Source: Squalus acanthias (taxonomy: Eukaryota). Taken from it: a DNA stretch of 64,000 nt. Location of the stretch: the NCBI GenBank assembly GCA_030390025.1, contig CM059438.1:55368001-55432000 (forward strand), written 5' to 3'. How positions within the stretch are numbered: position 1 is the first letter of the stretch; every line of letters starts with the position of its first letter. A program made the translations under genes and the position numbers. Of this stretch, positions 37,437-48,017 are shown piece after piece. The notes beneath the pieces were generated by a model. It saw only the letters and a list, made by a program, of their open reading frames with translations, searched no databases and was not told where the DNA came from.

Positions 37437-37774
37437 CACCAGCTTTACTGAGACCACTAGGGGAGCAGATCGTAGGATTAGCAGAGTCAATAAACCTTCC
37501 TATAAAATGGCAGCAAGGGTTTATCTGCTGGATACGAATGAACGGAAAGAGTTTATTATGCTTCCCGTTAAGTAAGTCACTTTTGGCATTGTAGTCTGCA
37601 GTGTGGTTTCCTAGGAGCTGCTGAGTCACCACTGTAAGTTGTTGTTGATATAGAAGTTGTCTGAATGTTTTGAATGTTCTTCAATGCAGGGTGAAGGGAG
37701 TGGGTAGAATGCAGCAAGGACTGTTCAGTAGAGAGACTGTGTGTGAGTTATCATGGCAGGAGAATGAGCATGTC

Positions 37775-38120
37775 AGTGGAATCACTAATCAATGAGTTGA
37801 TTCCTCACATCTCTTGCTGCAAGGTGCTGAGGTGGCCCTCCTTCTCCTCCTTTCCCAGTTTCTCCTCCTTCTCCTCTTTCTCCTCCTTCCCCTCCTTCTC
37901 CTCCTTTCCCAGTTTCTCCCCCTTCTCCTCCTTTCCCAGTTTCTCCCCCTTCGCTTCCTTCTCCTCTTTCTCCTCCTTCCCCTCCTTCTCCTGCCTTTAT
38001 CCTCTGGTCTTCATCATCGAATGAGGACTACTACTGCTGTGCAATTGGATGTTACAATGAGGGACATTAGGATCTCCCTGATTGGATGTATTAAGATGGG
38101 CCAAATGTCCTCCTTCATCC
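37775..38120 (-). pseudogene. Possible ancient Harbinger transposase C-terminus with expanded purine-rich tract
   Basis: Minus strand gives MSLIVTSNC, a long GA-rich tract, then AARDVRNQLID, the same order as VSNFVVVCC/poly-E/ARAVRQRLIA in copy 3; very degenerate. Confidence 0.35.
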
Positions 38121-38124
38121 GTAC

Positions 38125-39335
38125 TGATAGGAACAGGAGTCGGCCATTCAGCCCCTCGAGCCTGTTCTGCCATTCAATGAGATCATGGCTGATCTGTGAC
38201 CTAACTCCATATACCCGCCTTTGGCCCATATCCCTTAATACCTTTGGTTAACAAAGATTTATCAATCTCAGATTTAAAATTAACAATTGATCTCGCATCA
38301 ATTGTCATTTGTGGAAGAGAGTTCCAAACTTCTACCACCCTTTGTGTGTAGAAGTGTTTCCTAACTTCACTCCTGAAAGGTCTGGCTCTAGTTTTTAGAC
38401 TCTGCCCCCTAGTCCTAGAATCCCCAACCAGCGGAAATAGTTTCTCTCTATCTACCCTATCTGTTCCCCTTAATATCCTGAAAACTTCAATCAGATCACC
38501 CTTTAACCTTCTAAATTCTAGGGAATACAACCCTAGTTTGTGTAATCTCTCCTCGTAACTTAACCCTTGAAGTCCGGGTATCATTCTGGTAAACCTATGC
38601 TGCACTCCCTCCAAGGCCAATATATCCTTCCTAAGGTGTGGTGCCCAGAACTGCTCACAGTACTCCAGGTGTGGTCTAACCAGGGCTTTGTATAGCTGCA
38701 GCATAACTTCTACCCCCTTGTATTCTAGTCCTCTAGATATAAAGGCCAACATTCCATTAGCCTTTTTGATTTTCTGTACCAGTTCATGACATTTTAATGA
38801 TCTGTGTACCCGGACCCCCAAGTCTCTTTGGACCTCCACTGTTTTTAGCTTTTCACCATTTAGAAAGTACCCTGTTCTATCCATTTTCGGTCCAAAATGG
38901 GTGACCTCACATTTGCCTACATTGAAATCCATTTGCCACAGTTTTGCCCATTCACAATCTATCAATATCTCTTTGTAATTTTATGCTTTCATCTACACTG
39001 CCGACAATGCCGCCTATCTTTGTGTCATCGGCAAATTTGGATATGTGGCTTTCTATCCCATTATCTAAGTCGTTAATAAATATTGTGAATAGTTGAGGCC
39101 CCAACACAGATCCTTGCGGGACACCACTAGTCACATCCTGCCAATTAGAGTATCTGCCCATTATCCCCACTCTCTGTCTCCTGCCGCTCAGCTAATTTCC
39201 TAACCAGGTCAATAATTTGCTTTCAATTCCATAGGCTTCAACTTTTGCGAACAGTCTCTTATGAGAGACTTTATCAAATGCCTTCTGGAAGTCCATATTA
39301 ATAACATCCATAGACATTCCCCTGTCCACTACTTT
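38125..39335 (-). mobile_element. CR1 LINE RT 3' part
   Basis: [47 protein letters not shown]1 3' UTR. Confidence 0.93.
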
Positions 39336-39574
39336 AGATCTTGTGACCAGAATCTGTTGGTGTGTGTGCCTCAGTCACACACTGCCTTTACCAACTCAAC
39401 CATCAGGGAGCAACGCTTCTCTTTCAACCCAACATCTTATAAAGTCTTTCAATGGCAGGTTTAACAAAATCCCTCCCCAGCTCCGAGCCTCACACAGTGG
39501 GAACAGGTATCGGAAATTTAGCTCCACAGTGTGCGCCATACGATTTTCCCCCACGGTAAATAGCTGACTGGACT

Positions 39575-39930
39575 CATGGATTCTCAGGATGTGGGCCTCG
39601 CTGGCAAGGCAGGCTTTTATTGCCCATCCCTAGTTGCCCTTGAGAAGGTGGTGGTGAGCCCTCTTAAACCGCTGCAGTCTGTGTGTTGAAGGTGCTCCCA
39701 CAATGTTGTTAGGTAGCGATGTGGAGATGCCGGCGTTGGACTGGGGTGGACAAAAATGAGAAGTTATAGTCCAACAGATTTATTTAATTTTACAAGCTTT
39801 CGGAGCGGTTCGCTCCTTCCTCAGGTAGAGTAGCTGTGAGAGAATCTCCCAGAATTCACAATATAAGCACAGAAAATTCGCGAGCGAGTTCAAGGATATT
39901 GACCAAACGGCGATATATTTCCAAGTTAGG
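39575..39930 (-). mobile_element. 3' fragment of the CR1/L2-group LINE, interrupted at 39720-39882
   Basis: Similar to 40260-40460. Confidence 0.75.
39720..39882 (-). mobile_element. Short Penelope pLTR-derived insertion with hammerhead motif (39791-39827)
   Basis: Similar to 22533-22627; direct repeat AGCGA at 39715-39719 and 39883-39887; TAC-CTGAGGA-A-GGAGCG aac CGCTCC-GAAA-GCTT-GTA. Confidence 0.8.
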
Positions 39931-40247
39931 AGATACTCTCACACAAAGCTTCACATCAAGAATTTTTAACAATAGATGAAGACCAGAGAAAGAAATTGGG
40001 GCCTGTTGCATTTTTATTAGTTGAAAACCTATTCTAAATGTAATTAATGTCAGTCGGGTTGCTGGATTGTCAGGCGCAGGGTGTTAACTGTGGTTAAGAA
40101 GCAATCTTGGAATCTGGGGTGAACTTCTCGCCTGCTCCTCTGTCTGATGGTAAAGGCAGAAGCTCTTTAAAGCTCTCAATGAAAGCTAGTGACTGTGGAA
40201 CAGTGTTTTAATCCGTCACATTTACACCCTGCCGTCACTGCACGTTT

Positions 40248-42162
40248 TTATTTATTCATTCACGGGATGTGGGCGTCGCTGGCAAAGCCAGCATTTATTG
40301 CCAATCCCTAGTTGCCCTTGAGAAGGTGGTGGTGAGCCGCCTTCTTGAACCGCTGCAGTCCGTGTGGTGAAGGTGCTCCCACAGCGCTGCTAGGGAGGGA
40401 GTTCCAGGATTTTGACCCAGTGACGATGAAGGATCGGTGATATATTTCCAAGTCAGGATGGTGTGTAACTTGGAGGGGAACTTGCAGGCGATGGTGTTCC
40501 CATGCGTCTGCTGCCCTTGTCCTTCTAGGTGGTAGAGGTCACAGGTTTAGGAAGTGCTGCTGAAGAAGCCTTGGCAAGTTGCTGCAGTGCATCTTGTAGA
40601 TGGTACACACTGCAGCCACGGTGCGCCGGTGGTGGAGGGAGTGAATGTTTAAGGTGGTGGATGGGGTGCCAATCAAATGGGTTGCTTTGTCCTGGATGGT
40701 GTTGAGCTTCTTGAGTGTTGTTGGAGCTGCACTCATCCAGGCAAGTGGAGAGTATTCCATCACACTCCTTACTTGTGCCTTGTAGATGGTGGAAAGGCTT
40801 TGGGGAGTCAAGAGGTGAGACACTCGCCGCAGAATACCCAGCCTCTGACCTGCTCTTGTAGTCACAGTATTTATGTGGCTGGTCCAGTTAAGTTTCTGGT
40901 CAATGGTGACCCCCAGGATGTTGATGGTGGGGGATTTGGTGATGGTAATGCCGTTGAATGTCAAGGGGCGGTGGTTAGACTCTCGCTTGTTGGCTATAGT
41001 CATTGCCTGGCACTTGTATGGCGTGAATGTTACTTACCAATTATCAGCCCAAGCCTGAATGTCATCCAGGTCTTGCTGCACGCGGGCATGGACTGCTTCA
41101 TTATCTGAGGAGTTGCAAATGGAACTGCAATCATCAGCGAACGTCCCCACTTCTGACCTTATGATGGAGGGATGGTCATTGTTGAAGTAGCTGAAGATGG
41201 TTGGGCCGAGGACACTGCCCTGAGGAACTCATGTCCTGGGACTGAGATGATTGACCTCCAACCACCACAACGATCTTCCTTTGTGCTAGGTATGACTCCA
41301 GCCAGTGGAGCGTTTTCCCCCCGATTCCCATTGACTTCAGTTTTACTAGGGGTCCTTGATGCCACACTCGGTCAAATGCTGTCTTGATGTCAAGGGCAGT
41401 CATTCTCACCTCACCTCTGGAATTCAGCTCCTTTGTCCATGTTTGGACCAAGGCTGTAATGAGGTCGGGAGCCGAGTGGTCCTAGCGGAACCCAGACTGA
41501 GCATCAGTGAGCAGGCTTTTGGTGAGTAAGTGCTGCTTGATAGCACTGTCGATGACGCCTTCCATCACTTTGCTGATGATTGAGAGTAGACTGATGGGGC
41601 GGTAATTGGCCGGTTTGGATTTGTCCTGCTTTTTGTGGACAGGACATACCTGGGCAGTTTTCTACATTGTCGGGTAGATGCCAGTGTTGTAGCTGTACTG
41701 GAACAGCTTGGCTAGAGGCACGGCTAGTTCAGGAGCACAAGTCTTCAGTACGACAGCTGGGATGTTGTCAGGGCCCATAGCCTTTGCTGTATCCAGTGCG
41801 CTCAGCCATTTCTTGATATAACGTGGAGTGAATCGAATTGGCTGAAGACTGGTTTCTGTGATGGTGGGGGCCATAGGAGTAGGCCGAGATGGATCATCAA
41901 CTCGGCACCTCTGGCTGAAGATGGTTACAAACGCTTCAGCCTTAGAGGGGAACTTGCAGGTGGTGGGGTTCCCATGCGTCTGCTGCCCTTGTCCTTCTAG
42001 GCGGTACCGGTAACGGGTTTGGGAGGTACCGTCAAAGAAGCCTTGGCGAGTTGCTATCTTGTAGATGGTACACACAGCAGCCACGGTACGCCGGTGGTGG
42101 AGGGAGTGAATGTTTAAGGTGGGGGATGGGGTGCCAATCAAGCGGGCTGCTTTGTCCTGGAT
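40248..42162 (-). mobile_element. CR1/L2-group LINE (RT region), with a second 3' fragment at 41943-42162
   Basis: Same family as 35212-36396; KAMGPDNIPAVVLKTCAPELAVPL, ALDIKTAFDRVWHQG; 41943-42160 repeats 40470-40697. Confidence 0.9.
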
Positions 42163-42169
42163 GGAGCTT

Positions 42170-42920
42170 CATCACACCCAGCCCCTCTTCCCATCACACC
42201 CAGCCCCCCTCCCCATCACACCCAGCCCCCCTCCCCATCACACCCAGCCCCCCCTCCCCATCACACCCAGCCCCCCTCCCCATCACACCCAGCCCCCCCT
42301 CCCCATCACACCCAGCCCCCCTCCCCATCACACCCAGCCCCCCTCCCCAGCACACCCAGCCCCCCTCCCCATCACACCCAGCCCCCCTCCCCAGCACACC
42401 CAGCCCCCCTCCCCATCACACCCAGCCCCCCTCCCCATCACACCCAGCCCCCCTCCCCATCACACCCAGCCCCCCTCCCCATCACACCCAGCCCCCCCTC
42501 CCCATCACACCCAGCCCCCCCTCCCCATCACACCCAGCCCCCCCTCCCCATCACACCCAGCCCCCCTCCCCATCACACCCAGCCCCCCTCCCCATCACAC
42601 CCAGCCCCTCTCCCCATCACACCCAGCCCCCCTCCCCATCACACCCAGCCCCTCTCCCCATCACACCCAGCCCCCTCCCCAGCACACCCAGCCCCTCTCC
42701 CCAGCACACCCAGCCCCTCTCCCCATCACACCCAGCCCCCTCCCCAGCACACCCAGCCCCTCTCCCCATCACACCCAGCCCCCCTCCCTAGCACACCCAG
42801 CCCCCTCCCCAGCACACCCAGCCCCCTCCCCATCACACCCAGCCCCCCTCCCCATCACACCCAGCCCCTCTCCCCATCACATCCAGCCCCCCTCCCCAGC
42901 ACACCCAGCCCCTCTCCCTT
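42170..42920. repeat. C-rich 21-23-bp minisatellite CCCCATCACACCCAGCCCCCCT
   Basis: About 33 tandem units. Confidence 0.96.
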
Positions 42921-43034
42921 AGCCAGCACTCAAATCACTTAAAGAGCAAAGCCCTCCGTCAGATCAACATGGCTCCCGGGTGGGTCATGGATATCCTTGT
43001 AACCTAAACATTGGTGAAATCAAATACTGAATGG

Positions 43035-43465
43035 AGCAGGGGAGAGAGTGAGTGAGAAAGGGGGAGAGCGAGGAGAGAGAGAGTAGTGAAGAGGAGGAGG
43101 GATGAGAGGAGAGGAGAGAAGAGGGGAAGAGAGAGGGAGTGAGAAATGAGAGGGAAGAGAGAGTTGAGAAGAGAAGAGGAGAAGAGAGGAGGGGAATGGG
43201 GAGGGGAACGGAGTGGAGAGGAGGGGAAGGGAGGGGAATGGGGAGAGGAGAGGAAGGGAGGGGAATAGGGAGGGGATGGAGGGGAATGGGGAAGGGATGG
43301 AGGGGAATGGGGAGGGGATGAAGGGGAGAGGAGAGGAGGGGAAGGAAGGGGGAGGGGAACGGAGTGGAGAGGAGGGGAAGGGAGGGGAATGGGGAGGGAG
43401 GGAGGGGAACGGAGTGGAGAGGAGAGGTGGGGAGAGGCGGGGTGGGATGGGGAGAGATGGGGAAA
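43035..43465. repeat. Polypurine (GA-rich) low-complexity tract
   Basis: Almost entirely G and A on the plus strand. Confidence 0.9.
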
Positions 43466-44099
43466 TAGGATGTGGTTACCTGGTCTCAGTTCGGGGGAAA
43501 CTAAACCCAGCATTTTCGATTGACAAAGTGAAACAGAAACTGCAGACATCGCAGCTCTGCAGAAAGTGCTGGGTAAACATTACAAGTTTCATCATTTGTA
43601 CCAGTGTAGAACTAAATGGAGAATTCTCACTTCTAACCTCCCCCCATCCTGTGTCTGCTTCAGTTCATCTCCCCTCATCCTGGGCCCTGCAATCTCATGT
43701 TTGTAGCTACTGGTTGCCTGTCCTAATTTATATCGTACACCCCCAGAAATGGTTTTGGGTTGAATTTTTCCATTTAACAAGACGCGGGATGTTAAGGCTG
43801 GAGAAAGGAACAATTACACTCGTGGCACAGTGTCACAGGTGAGACAGAGTGAAATACAGACTGAAGCTCCCTTTACTCTTTCCCCAACAGTGTACTTCAG
43901 CCCTACCCTCAGACAAGGCCCCACAGCGTGCTCAAGTGACCAGCCAGTCTCCCAGTGAGAGGTGGCTCACAGTAAACGCACCCTGGTGTGTGGTACTGGG
44001 CTGAGATCAGCAAGTTCAAAGTTCAGTCCAACACCGGCATCTCCGCATCATGGTCATTAAACTTTAGCTCGGCTCTGACATTCCCGTTGTTTTGTAGAT

Positions 44100-45042
44100 G
44101 TGAGCAGGAGGTTACAAAGGGACATTGATAGACGAAGTGAGTGGGCAAAACTGTGGCAGATGGAGTTTAATGTAGGGAAAGTGTGAGGACTTCAACATTG
44201 GATCCAAGAAAGACAAAGCGAAATATTTTCTTAATGATGAGAGACTAGGGACTATGGAGGAGGAAAGGGATTTGTGAGTCCGTGTACACAAATCACTAAC
44301 AGCTAGTGCACAGGTACAAAAAGTAATCAAAAAGGCTAATGGACTGTTGGCGTTTAACTCGAGGGGGCTGGAATACAAAGGGATGGAAGTCATGTTACAG
44401 CTGTACAGAGCCTTGGTCAGACTCCATCTGGACACTGCGTTCAGTTCTGGGCTCCGCACCTCAGGAAGGATAGGTTGGGCTTGGAGGGGGTGCAGCGCAG
44501 ATTCACCAGATTGATACCAGGTCTGTGATGGGTAAATTATGAGGACGGGTTGCATAAACGTGGGTTGTAATCAATGCTCCCTGTAATTATTTTTGGTGCT
44601 GCATGGCCCCTTTAAGGGACTGTCCGGGCCATTCAAAATACCGCACAGCTTAAAGGGAACATTGGTTGTAATCCCTTGAGTTTACAATGTTGAGGGGGTG
44701 ATCAAATTGAGGTGTTTAAAATGATAAAAAGATTTAATAGGGTAGGTACAGAGAAACTATTTCCTCTGGTGGGGGGAGTCCAGAACAAGGGGGCAGAACC
44801 TTCAAATTAGAGCCAGGCCGTTCAGGAGGGAAATCAGGGAGTACTTCTTCACACAAAGGGGAGTGGAAATTTGGAACTCTCTCCCCCAAAAGAATTAGAT
44901 CAACAGATTTTTGTTGGTAAAAGTATCAAGGGATATGGATCAAAGGCGGGTAAGTGGAGTTGAGGTACAGATCAACCATGATCTAATTGAATGGCCGAAC
45001 AGGCTCGAGGGAGTGAATGGCTCCTCCTCCTGTTCCTAAGTT
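44100..45042 (+). mobile_element. CR1 LINE RT 3' part, degenerate
   Basis: LQRDIDR.SEWAKLWQMEFNV, QLYRALVRLHL, FFTQRGVEIWNSLP, CR1 3' UTR. Confidence 0.88.
44572..44664. mobile_element. 93-bp hAT-type MITE inserted in CR1
   Basis: TIRs CAATGCTCCCTGTAA / TTAAAGGGAACATTG (13 of 15 match); perfect 8-bp TSD GTTGTAAT (44564-44571, 44665-44672). Confidence 0.88.
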
Positions 45043-45901
45043 TCAGATTCCCAGGATCCCGGAAATCTCCCCATTGTCTTTTCCCTCTTTTCCTTCCCCA
45101 AACATTATAGATGTATTGGAACCGATGCCTGGATTCTCAGTCTGAAAGTGAATTTACATCATTCTCCAAATAACCAGTGACTTTCAAATCACTGATCTCT
45201 GGGGTTGTCCAGCTCCATTGATCTCATGTCCCTGCTCAGATGGATCAGCACAAGTGCAATTTGTTGGGTGAAGTGTGAAGCTGTAAGTCAATGGGGATTG
45301 GGAGCTTGCTGTCATCTGGTACTATTGCGATTCAGTGCTCCATGTCTTGGTTAACTGGTAATTCACATCGAGCTGTAGTATCCAGGCTAATGAAAAGCTA
45401 AGGCAAGAGGCAGCTAATACTGTAAACAGCGAATCAGCACAAGGGGATTCAGAGGCTGCACAAAATCCACTCCCTTCTGACCCAAGACCCACTAATTTAC
45501 TGTTGTTTTTATTCTGTATTTTGGCCCAGAAATTAAACACTGAGGGGTAAAAATTAGGTCGCGCCCCATTTGGGGCACAAATATCGTCTGGACGCAAATA
45601 TTAGCGCCTGGCGCTAATTATCGGCACTGACAGGAAACTTCACTTTTACCACCCCGGGAGGTGAGTGGAGCGCTAAAGCAAGCGCTGCACACCTGTCTTA
45701 AGGCGCAAAGGCCAAGGAGTGAGGCGCTAACTCAGCGCGCGAGTGCAGCACAGCTGCTGCCAGTTAGCGAGGGAACACAGACACACTGGCGCCGGACACT
45801 TCTTAAAGCGGGGGGGGCCACTTGCTCCCCAGCCACACCCTGCTCATTGCAGCCTTGAATCTCAGCCTGGAGAGACCTGTGAATCCATTTTGCTGCCAAG
45901 C

Positions 45902-47723
45902 ATGGAGAGGGTGAGAGAACGCACTCATCGCTTCACCGAGCGGGCCTTGGATGCTCTGGTTGGCGCAGTGGAGCGCAGACGATGTATGCTGTTCCCTGAG
46001 AGTGGCAGGAGGCCTTTGCCACGTGAGTTCAGAAGAGTGTGGAGGGAGGTGGCTCAGAGCGTCTCCTCCAGGAGCATGGTGCCCAGGACCCATACTCAAT
46101 GCCGCAAAAAGTTCAATGACCTCACTCGGGTCGTCAGGGTGAGTGGCTTTTTCTCAATACCTCTCCATCCCTCCATCTCAACCTCACTCTATGGCCAGAG
46201 GGTCTTAAAACCCCAATGCACAACACTCATCCAACACCTATGGCCCTTTCATCAAACACACACACACATTCCACACTTTGCATACAGTAAGGGCTATTCA
46301 CCTATGGGAGGCACATCAGGCAAGACCATGGCTGCATATTGTAAGGGCTATTCACCTATGGGAGGCACATCAGGCAAGACCATGGCTGTATATTTACTCA
46401 GATGCTGTCCTTTTTCTTGCAGGCTAAGCTGGCTCATAATAGGAGACAGCAGCAACGGACAGGTGGAGGGCGGCCTCAGCTGCAACCTCTCAGCGATCTG
46501 GAGGAGCGCGTCCACAGGATTGTGGCAAGCTGGGTGATCGGTCCCGTCGCCACTGGAGACGCCGACCCCGTTCTGGACAGCAATGGTAAGGTCATCACCT
46601 TTTTGTCCTCTGTCCTTCCACTTGTCCCTCACAACACCAGCCTTTGACACTTTCAATCCAACTTGCTAACTCGCTGCACTTATTCCTCCCTTACTGCCAC
46701 CCTGTCCTCACGCTAAAGCCACTCTTGTACCTCCCTGCTTTCAGATGGTGATTCACCAGCTGAGGAGACGGGCCCTGAAGCTGCCACTGGGAGTGATGCT
46801 GCAGCTGAGGAGGAAGAGGAAGCCAGAGCATCAGTGCCACCCTCTCCCGAGGAAGCCCATGCCCATACTGGGAACACGCCTTCCCTGGAGGGGAGCAGGG
46901 GGGAAGGGGCTGATGAGGGTGAAGCTCCAGGACCCAGCGGGCTGCAGCAACGCCATGGGGGGGTAGGGAAGAACGGGGGCCTTCTCCCCAGAGGGAGAGT
47001 ATGCCAGACACTCCTACTGCAATGGACGCAGAGGAGGAGCGGCTGATTGCAGAAATGAACACCCAGGCGGTGGGCATGCACACTGAGCTCATGGGTGCAG
47101 TGGGAAGGGTGCCCGAATGCATTGAGTCACTGGCAAGGAATGTGGAGCACTTCGCTGTAGCACAGGCGGATGCCACACTAACGCTTAGTGCTGCAATTCA
47201 GTCACTGGCTGCCGTGATCCCATCTCTGACTGCTCTCATACAGACTCAGATGGAGGCCACGCGAGCACAGACTGCTGCCAACCTCGATGGTTCGTGCACA
47301 TGTCCCCGGGGCTGTCACCGCGCCGCAGCAGGCCAGCAATCTGTTCTCCGGCAGATTGCTCCGGATGCTGAAGTGCTGCCCCGTGGGAGTGCCAGTGTGT
47401 CGGGCGAGCAGGGAGTTGCTGGCCTCTCTCACGATGACAGCATTCCTGCTGCCAACACTGTCACTTCTCCACTGCACTTGCCACCGCCTGTAGGACAGAC
47501 TGCTGCCGCCCATGCAGAGTTGGTGCAGTCTGCAGCCGGGCCCTCCAGGCCCAGAAGTGGTCGAGGCCATCCTTCAGGGGCATCTGCAGTGTCAGGGTCT
47601 GACGAGCAGCAGCCTTCCACCAGCCTTGCTGCAGCCACTGAGGTCCCATTACGGAGGAGCAGTAGGGTTAGAAGGGGGGAAGTGCGCAAGGGAAGGAGAT
47701 CACCCTCGAAGGGCAAAAAGTAG
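45902..47723 (+). CDS. Harbinger Myb/SANT-like protein; exons 45902-46138, 46423-46585, 46745-47723; apparent +2 frameshift in a G run near 46957
   Basis: Same splice sites as copy 3; G7 versus G5 in copy 3; removing the two extra G gives about 458 aa ending in basic RRSSRVRRGEVRKGRRSPSKGKK. Confidence 0.78.
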
Positions 47724-48017
47724 GAGGTGTGACAAAATGCTGGTCATTTTTTTATTAAAGGCCGAGGTTCATGGTCCAACTTTTGTTTAGTGTTTTGGAC
47801 ATTATCTCCAGGTTGTGAGAACCAGTTATGTTATTGACTGTTTTTTTGTGTTTATTTCTATGAGTTTGTCATGAGGAATTGACACACACAGAGTTTGTAA
47901 AATAAATAAGTTTCTGTATTCAAAATATACATGGCTGGTGGTTGGAATTATTGGTGCCTTGGCCGGCTTAGGGGTTGCGTGCTGGGTTGATTAATGTTGG
48001 TAGCAATGGCAGGGGCC

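Noticed and set aside
42051..43549. Extensin-like proline-rich proteins
   Set aside because: Translations of the C-rich minisatellite and the polypurine tract
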